Source of the DNA: Paraphysomonas bandaiensis
Taxonomy: Eukaryota; Protista; Chrysophyceae
Assembly (NCBI GenBank): GCA_965644295.1
Contig: CBFFRP010000277.1
Location: 148,316-212,315, forward strand
Direction of reading: 5' to 3'
Length of the DNA stretch: 64,000 bases
Shown: positions 43,345-54,443 of the stretch, piece after piece
Numbering within the stretch: position 1 is the stretch's first letter
How the letters are laid out: every line of letters starts with the position of its first letter
The notes under the pieces: model-generated
Told to the model about the DNA's origin: nothing
Databases searched by the model: none
The model's input: the letters and a program-made list of their open reading frames with translations, nothing else
Program-made: the position numbers and the translations under genes

Positions 43345-46256
43345 TCAACTTGAAGATAGGTCGCTATCGTTTCCGTTATACAATTCACTCGTAACAATAT
43401 CCTCACAGTTGACATGACCATTGCCTTCTTTACAAATGTCAAAACTATAGCGTTTTTCTTGCATTTGTTCTTTCAGCTGCATAATACCATTTAATTCGTC
43501 CAACCTTTCCTGCATCTTCTTATCAAACATTTCATTGTATTCCAAATGAGTTTCTAAAACGTCTTGTCGTACCGTTCTTTCAATCAGTTGGCGTTCATTC
43601 GTCATAAATACGCAGCCCTTTTTTAGGGTAGATATGCAAACAGCAATGATATTCACGAATACAGGCGTCAAAAATATGAAGAACAAAGCGACTACAAGAG
43701 CTCTTTGGTTGATAAGGTTCGAGGAATTTCCACCTCCATACTCAGGGTCCACAGCAAGAACACAAACAACTCCCAATACGATGTTGAAAATGGTAAATGT
43801 CATACACAAGAGGTTTGTCAGATGCTTTGGTTCTGTAATGTGAAAGAAAGCAGCAATATCCACGACGCTGATCTTTAAACAGCAACAGTCAAAACTGAAA
43901 TTTCTAGACTGCCTAATACCCTCATTAACAGCTTGTGTAGTACTCTCAGTGCCATCAGATGACCACGATACATCATGTATGTTTGCTAGTGCGTAGAAAG
44001 CGATCATGTAGTTGTAGAACAACAAGGCCAATGCGTACTGAATATAGACCGACATGTAGACCCATATGGTACTTGGCTCACATTTCAAAAAGGCCAAAAT
44101 AAAAGGACACAGTGAAATCAGGAGCACTACGACTTGAAAGAACGAAAATCCGTTCCAATAAGTGTAATAGAAAAATGCCCCTGTCAGATATATCATGATA
44201 CAGCCCGATACGACAATTGATATCACTGCTATTGGCACCACCACTGTTTTTTCGTAATCAGCTAAGGATGCTGTCCCTGTTTCCTACATTTAGAAATAGA
44301 GTTCATTCCGATATACGTGTAGATTGAATTAGACTCACCTTGTTCCTTATCACAACACCATTGTCGTCTGTCTTCAGACACCATCTCAGCAATCCGAAAG
44401 GAAAGTGATCGGCAATGTAGCAGATCGATGGCTCGCACCAATAACTGAAAGTAAAACGATTAAGATAATCAACGAAGACGATTAAAACTTCATGGTACGT
44501 ACCTGCAGCGTAGACAACTCCCTAGGGCTTTTAATTTCTCTGTGCACCAGGGTGTCAGAGCTGTGGTCCATGAGACGACAACAACGAACCATGACCAGCC
44601 CAAAAAGTATCCAATGTATCGCCAAATAGATTTCCCAGTACTCTTGTCCAGATAAATGAGCGCCGTGGCGATTGCATATATCACCACAATGGGAGAAAGT
44701 AATACAACAACACTCTGCCAGAGCTGAAAAAACAAGAAGGCTTTATTAGCAATATAACGTGTCCCTGTCATCTTATTTCCCGCATTCACCAATAGCAACC
44801 ATGTGTTTATTACCTCAGTCCCATTGATCCACCGCCTGCGCTGCTTAAACAGAGACATAATACATCTCATCGGGTCATAATAGAAACATGTCCCTGTTGT
44901 AATGTGAGTTCTCATACCAGTCATGGCGGTCACTATGAACGAGAGGATACGATCCTCAGCGAGGCGAGCATTGGACCATATCATCCTTTCGAACAGCGAG
45001 CCTTCTTCCATTCCTAATATATCCTGAGTAAGTTGGAAGTATTTGTCGATCACTCCTTTCTCTATCATGGGCTCGAGGTCATAGAGCTGGCAAGGACCTG
45101 GCAGGACAGGCAGAGAGCCTATCATATTAAACGCTTCCATGTTCAAGTGGAACGTGGCTTCAAACTCCGCTACTTGAAGTGGAACAACCGAAAACAACCA
45201 CTCGTAGAGGGATGGGAGCGATTTATTGGCTTCTGATAGGATCGGCTCATGTTCTCTCGTAGTATTCTCATTAAGATGTCTCCCCGCCACCTCACCAGTA
45301 GTATTGTCGTCATCTCGTTTCGGTAATAACTCCCGTGATTCCTTCGCAAATAACCATCTTGCCATTGGTTCCAAAACATGGGCACGCTGACGTGCAGTTA
45401 AGCCAATAATTTGGCGATCTGAATTCATCTTCACTGCAAAGAGAAATGCATTATACTATGAAAGTGTATCCACCCACAGATATACCTATCATACGCCTCA
45501 AACAGGGTGCATCCAGCACTGTTCCGCAGTCGACGAACATAATATATCGCGATCTGGCGCTGTAGCAGGCAAGGCAGTGACTGTGGGCCTTGCCCTGATT
45601 GAGGTCTTTGACAACAATCGCCATATCCAACACCCCAAGGTGATGGTTTATAGGCCAGTGTCCCTGGAGGATGAAGTTCGGATTAGAGGGGTCAGCCCTA
45701 TAGTTCTCGTCCAACACTTTCTCTCTATGGGCCTCCCACGTATCAATATTCGGGATGAAGCCGTTCTCAGAGGACCTCTGTATATGAATACTTAAGTCAT
45801 AATGATACGGAAGAGTAAATATATACATAGATCTCATTCCTTGGATGAGTGGGGGGCTCGTACCTGGATGGTGGGAATCAGGTCTGTGTGAATGATAGGA
45901 TGATCTGACCGGGAAGGGTCTTTGGACTTCCTCTTGATGCCATCGACGATCACAACCACCTTGACAGGACCGATATCACAGGCAGCATGGCGTATATTAG
46001 CAGCAATTCCATGCAGAGTAATTACAAGATCTTGATACGACTCATTGTACATCAAGACGAACACTGTGGTCTCGGTATAGTTTTCATCGTGGTATAGATT
46101 CGTGGCAGTGGTGGCTCCAAGCTCCTTCAGTGCAACGATTTCCTTAAGATTAGTGGGCAAATCACTGATGGAAGTGTAAATAGCTGGAGTTGCTCTTGGA
46201 AGAGAAGAGTAGGATCGTAATAAAGACCCCCTTCTGAGTTGTGAGGCCTGTAACAT
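43345..46256 (-). CDS. chs: Chitin synthase (GT2, division-1-like), divergent; multi-exon
   Basis: MYNES, VVVIVDG, KDLNQGKAHSH, FVDCGT, VLPGPCQLY, catalytic LAEDRILS, QRRRWING, YALANIHDVSW, plus several C-terminal TM helices. Confidence 0.92.
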
Positions 46257-46664
46257 GCTCGGATTGTGGGAGATATCGGTGAAGATGTTTCCTTAATGAG
46301 TATTAAATAGTGAGTGTCTTTATGTGTTGATGCTAGCTTTCTAAGAAATCGTATTTCTGCAAGATACGCACACCAGTTGAAGTTTACCAGACATTTCCTA
46401 CTTCTCGGAAAACCTATCCGCGGAATATCTTTCACTCCAAACTGTAAAATAACCCTACATACTAACCACCCACACATACTGTACATCACTAACTCACTTG
46501 AATTCAACAGCACACTACTCATAGAAGTGTTCAGCATATTAAACACGCACTCCATCAAGCACATATTACTCACTTCATATCCTGATATAGTGACAGTGGA
46601 AAACACTTTGCTACGAAATATCTACTTTTTTGTCACATAATCCATCTTTTTGTGAGATATTAAC

Positions 46665-49600
46665 ATGAAAATGACCAATTTTGAGAGCAGATATTTATTC
46701 ACTGCACTGATTTTGTTCTCACATATTTGTGCAGTTCGAAGCGGCTTCATTTACTGCACTGGTGATGATGCAGATGATAGCGGACACTGCGAAACATACT
46801 ATGCTTGTGGTGGGCTCATGGGCACAATCACTGGCCTTGCCGTTTCGAAGTCTGGAGTTCAAAGCACTCTGAAGGACGCTCTTCTTGTGGGTGCGACTGG
46901 CAGGGCTAGATCAGCTGCTGTAAACTGGTATGGTGGAGGTGGATATACATATGATGAGATCACTGAAATTGATGATATTTTAGCTGTGAATTTCACGAAT
47001 TATAAGGTAAGTGCTTCGTAACTAAGCAGATGTTTTGTTAAGCGCTTCCTGTTGATTTCTATGCAATGTGCGAGCTAGGTTATCCATATTCCATCCATGT
47101 CAGCTCACACATCGGGTGGTATCTCATGCTCCCAGTTGTCAGCTATCACCTCTCGTGAAGCTGATATTCAAACCTTCGTTAATGTTCATGGTGGCTCTAT
47201 AGTAGCCATGATGTTGAATGGCTGCCAGGATGCCTACACATGGTTACCAGTATCTCTGGAGTCGACGGCCTACACCTACTCACAGGTCATATATGTATGC
47301 ATTTATTTTGTCATCACTGATTACAGATCATTGGTTATTCCGCTAACAGGTAACCATAACCGATAACCTGCGCCAAATTCTTCCAAGTATATCGGATACC
47401 GCCCTCGATCATGTCGCCTACCATGCCACCTTTCCCGGCTCAGATTGGGGGGGGCTGAAATGCTTCGCTTTCGCCTCTAATAATGAGTGTGCCATTCTAG
47501 GGGGGGAGAATGTCACCCTAACGAATCCACCCACATCGGCCCCAACATCTCCCACTGCACAACCTTCGGGATGGCCAACTGGACAGCCAACTGGACAGCC
47601 CACAGGGCAGCCCACAGGACGACCTTCTGGCTCTCCTAGTGGTTTACCATCAGGACAACCTACTGCCGTCCCTACTAGTCCGTCAGGGCAGCCCACAGGA
47701 CAACCAACTGGGGTACCAACTGGGATACCTACTGGGATACCTACTGGGCAACCCACAGGGGAACCATCTGGGGTACCAACTGGGATACCTACTGGGCAGC
47801 CCACAGGGCAACCCACAGGACAGCCAACTGAAGTACCAACTGGGGTACCGACTGGGCAGCCCACAGGGCAACCCACAGGACAGCCAACTGAAGTACCAAC
47901 TGGGATACCTACTGGGCAGCCCACAGGGCAACCCACAGGACAACCAACTGAAGTACCAACTGGGGTACCTACTGGGATACCTACTGGGCAACCCACAGGA
48001 GAACCATCTGGTTCTCCCACTCGAGTCCCCACCACTATTCCAACTACATTGCCTACTGGAAAACCCACAGTTCAGCCAACAGCACTACCGAGCAGTGTGC
48101 CGACAAGCACACCCAGTGGGCAACCTTCTGCCCTACCTTCAACTGACCCGTCATCTCGCCCCTCACCATTCCCTTCATGTACTCCTACAAGTGAGCCTAT
48201 TGGGGAGCCGACGGTCATGCCCAGCAGCACACCGAGTGGTGGGCCAACCATTGAGCCGTCAGAGCAACCCTCTGGTCAACCCTCTGTGCTTCCTTCATCA
48301 TTGCCCTCACGAACGCCATCTGGACAACCCACAGGTCAACCCACTAGTCGTCCAACTCGGAGACCGTCTAGCCAGCCAACTGGACAACCATCAGGACGAC
48401 CTTCTGGCTCTCCTAGTGGTTTACCATCAGGACAACCTACTGCCGTCCCTACTAGTCCGTCTGTGCAACCCACAGGACAACCAACTGGGGTACCAACTGG
48501 AGTACCTACTGGGATACCTACTGGGCAACCCACAGGAGAACCATCTGGACAACCCACTCGAGTCCCTACCACTATTCCAACTACATTGCCTACTAGAAAA
48601 CCCACAGTTCAGCCAACAGCACTACCGAGCAGTGTGCCGACAAGCACGCCCAGTGGGGTGCCGTCAGAGCGCCCTTCTGGTCAACCCTCCATTCGTCCTT
48701 CATCATTTCCTTCACGAATGCCATCTGGACAACCTACAGGTCAACCAACTGGTCAGCCTACTTGGCAACCATCAAGCCAGCCAACCGGACAACCTTCTGG
48801 AAATCCCACCTGTTGGCCCTCTGGCGTTCCCACAACTGTGCCGACATATACACCCACCAGCCCTACGTCTATCCCTTCCTGCATTCCAACGCATGTCCCC
48901 TCTGCAACGCCATCAGCACAACCCTCCGGATATCCCACAAATCACCCATCCCTGTCCAGTGGATATAAAATAGTGGAAACTGTAGGCACGAATGATGTCA
49001 CTACAGGTGTATCACACACATTTTTTGGTTTGCGTGGGACATACCCCTCTTTCCTCATGGTGGAGGTATTGGAGACTGACTATGAGGCAGCAGATGAGGC
49101 TATCACTGGCATATTTGTAAATAACATATCTATACTTTCGTACTGCAATCCTGGTGTTGACCGTGGGATAGCATACTTCCCATGCTTAAAAAACTACGAA
49201 GTATCAGGAATGGAAGATAACAGTGGCCGTTTGGAGGTGATTGTGGTGGCAGACCCCTCTGTAGATCATTCCCCTAGTGGATCATATGCTTTACAAGTGA
49301 GAATGACGTTGTCGAATTACCAAGTCGACTCTCATGCACCGACGCTTATGCCAGTAGGTGTCCCGACCGCTGCTCCAAGCGTATCTTTAGTTCCATCTGC
49401 AACACCAGCAACTGCTGCTCCGACCGTAGAAGATTTTTATGATGTACAAGAGATATTTACGAACGACGTAGTACAAGGAGTGCATTTGCTGTACCCTAAT
49501 ATCGTATCGAAAAGGTTCAACCATCTATTTGTTCGAGTAGAGATAATTCCCACTGACTATGACGATAGTTTTGAGACAGCTAATGTGACAGCAAATGGTC

Positions 49601-52600
49601 ATAGCTTGGTCCAGCGTTGTCACCCAGGAGCAAGAAATTCCACTTCCTATTTTACATGTGTGGTAGATGCGGATGTGATTAATATTTTATCCAATGGCAG
49701 CCTGACTATTACCGTGGTTGCACATAATGAGGTGGACGCTTATCCGTACAAAGGGAATCTCTTGTATGCTAGAATTACTGTATCTAATCATCGGCAAATG
49801 TCGGCTGCTCCGACAACAATCCCAACATCTCTTCCTACGTCACCAACGTCTCTTCCCTCAGGTCAACCATCCAGGCACCCATCTGAATCGCCATCAGGCC
49901 AACCAAGTTATGTGCCAACGGGACAACCTACGTGTGAGCCAACCAGTAAACCGTCGACACAACCATCGTCTCAACCGTCAGGTCGGCCCACAGGGCAACC
50001 CAGTGGTTTCCCGACCAGTCTACCGTCTGGACAGCCATCTGGGCAACCGACAGGACAACCTACGGGTCAACCTACGTGTGAGCCAACCAGTAAACCGTCG
50101 ACACAACCATCGTCTCAACCGTCAGGTCGGCCTACAGGGCAACCCAGTGGTTTCCCGACCAGTCTACCGTCTGGACAGCCATCTGGGCAACCGACAGGAC
50201 AACCTACGGGTCAACCTACGTGTGAGCCAACCAGTAAACCGTCGACACAACCATCGTCTCAACCGTCAGGTCGGCCCACAGGGCAACCCAGTGGTTTCCC
50301 GACCAGTCTACCGTCTGGACAGCCATCTGGGCAACCGACAGGACAACCTACGGGTCAACCTACGTGTGAGCCAACCAGTAAACCGTCGACACAACCATCG
50401 TCTCAACCGTCAGGTCGGCCCACAGGGCAACCCAGTGGTTTCCCGACCAGTCTACCGTCTGGACAGCCATCTGGGCAACCGACAGGAAAACCTACGGGTC
50501 AACCTACGTGTGAGCCAACCAGTAAACCGTCGACACAACCATCGTCTCAACCGTCAGGTCGGCCTACAGGGCAACCCAGTGGTTTCCCGACCAGTCTACC
50601 ATCTGGACAGCCATCTGGGCAACCGACAGGACAACCTACGGGTCAACCTACGGGTCAACCTACGTGTGAGCCAACCAGTAAACCGTCGACACAACCATCG
50701 TCTCAACCGTCAGGTCGGCCCACAGGGCAACCCAGTGGTTTCCCGACCAGTCTACCGTCTGGACAGCCATCTGGGCAACCGACAGGACAACCTACGGGTC
50801 AACCTACGTGTGAGCCAACCAGTAAACCGTCGACACAACCATCGTCTCAACCGTCAGGTCGGCCCACAGGGCAACCCAGTGGTTTCCCGACCAGTCTACC
50901 GTCTGGACAGCCATCTGGGCAACCGACAGGACAACCTACGGGTCAACCTACGTGTGAGCCAACCAGTAAACCGTCGACACAACCATCGTCTCAACCGTCA
51001 GGTCGGCCTACAGGGCAACCCAGTGGTTTCCCGACCAGTCTACCGTCTGGACAGCCATCTGGGCAACCGACAGGAAAACCATCAGGTGAACCCTCAGGGC
51101 AGCCATCCGGGCTGCCGACAGGGGAACCTACAGGGCAACCCAGTGGTTTCCCGACGAGTCAACCGTCAGGCCATCCAGCCAGCGTGCCTACAGCGCAACC
51201 GACGGGTCATCCATCAGCGCAGCCAACCAGTCATCCGTCGACTCAACCGTCAGGGCTGCCTACAGGGCAACCCACAGCTGTTCCTACAGTTGTTCCCAGT
51301 TTTACTTACATGCCTACTGCGATTTATGCTAGCTTTGGAGTGTCAGTATACACACAAGGTATATCTTCTTGTACAGGCGAGGTTGAAATAGCTACAGAAG
51401 TATTGACAATGCTCATTGCGTCTAGTATCCCAAAGGCTCATCACATCAATCTCACACATTCTAGTGTTGATGCATGTCTCCATGCCAGAAGATTGAAATC
51501 AAGAACATTGCAAGCAGCAAGTTTAGCGAACTTTAGTTTCTCTTTCAGCGTTGATGTCAATGATTTTGTGTCAGAAAATCAAGACCCGACTGAAGAAATT
51601 CTCGGATATCTATACGCTTTAAATCTCGCCGTTGACCGTGGCGAGACCCACCAGATGCTCGTTTATTTCTGCACTAATCACAATTGTACAACTATGCCAG
51701 ACCTGGCTGTGAAGGCCCTGAAGATGGAGTACCAGAAAGCAGTTTCCAAGGACCCCGAATCGCCTCCAGATTCGCAGTCCTCAAAACAAGAGCCCAATGA
51801 AGTTTTGGCGAATTTAATAACGTTTAAAGCAGTTCTTATATATGCATCTGTGGCCACAGGCATGGCGTTGCTGTTTTGTGCCTTCCTCTCGTGGGCACGG
51901 CATCGCGTATCAACAGAATCCAAGAAAAATAAAATTGTAACAATGCAGAAGGAGGAGAATAAAGATTCTTTGTTTGAAAATGTAGTCGGGCGTCAGGCTG
52001 GCAGCGGAGTTGACATTGTTAGCATTCCATTACAGGCTTGCTGTCTAATTATTGGCCCGACTGTGTTCTTTACCGTGTTCTGGTGGAATATGCTGATTCG
52101 AACGCAAACATTTGCGGTGAAAGTTTTGGGATCTATCGGGACGCCAATTCCATCACTGACTATCGTGTATTTAATCGCCCGTTACAAGTATTCTGGCAAA
52201 TTTAAAGGTGCGAGTTTCTTTATAACATTACATGATATACGCTGACACTGAGCATTTCTAACTGTTTGTTTTCCCATGTATCACTTTAAGGCGACAAAAG
52301 TTTGCAAGACCTTATGCTGTGGGGTCACGAAAACTCACAAGTTAACGTTTTCGCAATTCCGTTCGGTGTAGTCGTCGCCTTATGCTCAATTATACCAGAT
52401 TCAGTTGCGCTCTTGCCTTGGAAATCTACTCCATACTCACGTATAACCAAGTTTCCCGACATTCACATGTTAAAAATGTGTACATATTGCACGTTTGCCA
52501 AGGAGGTTTTTTTCACAGTGACAACCGTATTGAGTAGAATATACGACACCAATGTCATTGACCCCACCATCTTAGTCTTTACAATGTATTTTAGTGTAGT

Positions 52601-53669
52601 CAAACTAATTATTTTTGGTGCTGCGTTGATATTTAAGCTTGGCCAGCATGGAAAGGCACTTTCTGAGAGCACTGAGACGGTTGGCGATGACTCTAGATTT
52701 AATCAATACTCGATAGTAATTGGGAAACTTCAAAGACAAGGGAATGTTTACATTAAAAATAATTTGAACTCGACTGCTGGCAGAACACTATTTATGTTGG
52801 GAAGCTACATTCACAAAGTTTATGATTTTGTCTATAACTATGATGCCTTCGATCCTAATAACTACAGGGCCCAGGATGATACGCAGAACGGCCCCAATAT
52901 ATGTGACGAGGAAAAGGGCGAGAACAAGGATGATGTACCAGAGGAAACGAGCGAGAACAAGGGTGATGTACCAGCGGATAAGAATGACTCGCCACCAGGC
53001 TGTTGCCGTGCTATGAAAGACATATATACTCTTATTTCTGCTGTGGGTGTGGGAGCAGGTGAACACAAGAGGAGCGACGATCAGGAAAGGGAAGAGTTGA
53101 AGCGACATTGTAACCATCTTCAGTATCAGTTGAAGTTAGCTAAACGTGTCCCCATTTCTAAGTACGAAACAGAGAGTAATTTGCTTCAGAAAATCGGCTC
53201 CATATATGTTGCGAAGCGTGACGACATTAGCAGTGATCCTGATTTCGCAACGGCGATGGAACATTTGGACGTGCTGAGGGAAAATAGGGATATTTCTGAT
53301 GATGATTCAGATAGTATACCGTGTGACATGGAGGCCTCAGTGTTTTCGACAGACGCAAAGGGGGAAATTGATGATGATCCAGATAGTATACCGTGTGACA
53401 AGGAGGCCTCAGTGTTTTCGACAGACGCAAAGGGGGAAATTGACGGCGTCTCAGATAGTATACCGTGTGACATGGAGGCCTCAGTGTTTTCGACAGACGC
53501 AAAGGGGGAAATTGACGGCGTCTCAGATAGTATACAGCGTAATGAGAAGGCCTCACGACAGCCGAAGTTGTCAGCCAGACGTGTGAAACCTCTTCCACCA
53601 GTGGAGCCACCTAAGAAGAAAACTATAACACTGTATTTACCAGACCGTGATGATGACGAAGAGATATAG
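46665..53669 (+). CDS. Large secreted, membrane-anchored mucin-like P/T/S/G/Q-repeat protein (4 inferred exons)
   Basis: Signal peptide [27 protein letters not shown]. Introns at about 47007-47078, 47287-47349 and 52209-52290. Exon 3 is open from 47350 into ORF 48049..52245. Two PT/PS stalks, an ARRL-containing juxtamembrane domain, several TM segments and an acidic tail. Confidence 0.85.
49933..51076 (+). repeat. Coding tandem array: 8 units of 144 bp (48 aa), one unit 156 bp
   Basis: The TGT (Cys) of tgtgagccaacc recurs at 49933, 50077, 50221, 50365, 50509, 50665, 50809 and 50953. Confidence 0.95.
53299..53535 (+). repeat. Coding tandem repeat, 72 bp (24 aa) x ~3.3, in the C-terminal tail
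   Basis: gatagtatac recurs at 53310, 53382, 53454 and 53526 ([21 protein letters not shown]). Confidence 0.92.
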
Positions 53670-53977
53670 AACAAGGTGGAATAGCAGCTTATGTATAGCG
53701 TTACTAGACAGGACATCATTCTCATTATTCTAAGGATCAGACTAGCAGCAGGTGATGAATATTCAACATTTGACCAATCGTCTATGTAATTAATAAACAT
53801 GATGTTGCCAGCGTGTGTAGTGAAATATTCAAAAGTTCTCAACTACTGGACATTTTATTTGCTATATAAGTGCGTATAAAACATAGACATGAAGTTATTA
53901 TATCTTATATCCAATGTCAAGATTGCCATCATTGAAGTGTTTAATTTTTAATTCCGACAGCATATAGATGTTCTTAA

Positions 53978-54270
53978 TGTTGGGAAATGCTCATTTTACT
54001 TAGATCAAAGAGAGATTAAGTTGTTAGACTAGATAGATTTATTAATATCGTTTACACAAATTGTGTTAAACAACACAAGCTCGTTTTGTGCCATGCATAA
54101 ATCACTACTTCTGTAGACCTTTCGCTACTAAACATATCTTGAAAGAGCAAACTATTTCAGTTTTCTCAATATCATAACAGCATCTACACATCACCATACA
54201 TCACTGTATTCTCGTACATTGTCTTCAAGTACCACATTGAATATACTAGGATACAGTCCATATTCTAATA
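53978..54270 (-). repeat. Copia 3' LTR
   Basis: Identical by eye to 59139-59431. Confidence 0.97.
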
Positions 54271-54443
54271 CTCCCACTCAATGTAGAATGCAGTGATACG
54301 AAACAACAATGAGTACAGTGATCTTCATGCTATAAACTAGTCTCATAGGTAAAATAGATGTGAAATCTTATCAAGATACATATATAACTAGCAGTCAACT
54401 AGATATATAGTTATGTGGGATTCTCACCCACTAAAACACACCT

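Noticed and set aside
47418-51391. Long alternative-frame and antisense ORFs (47418..48068-, 47639..48973+, 49718..51391+ and others)
   Set aside because: Shadows of the stop-poor P/T/G/Q/S coding repeats of the mucin gene.
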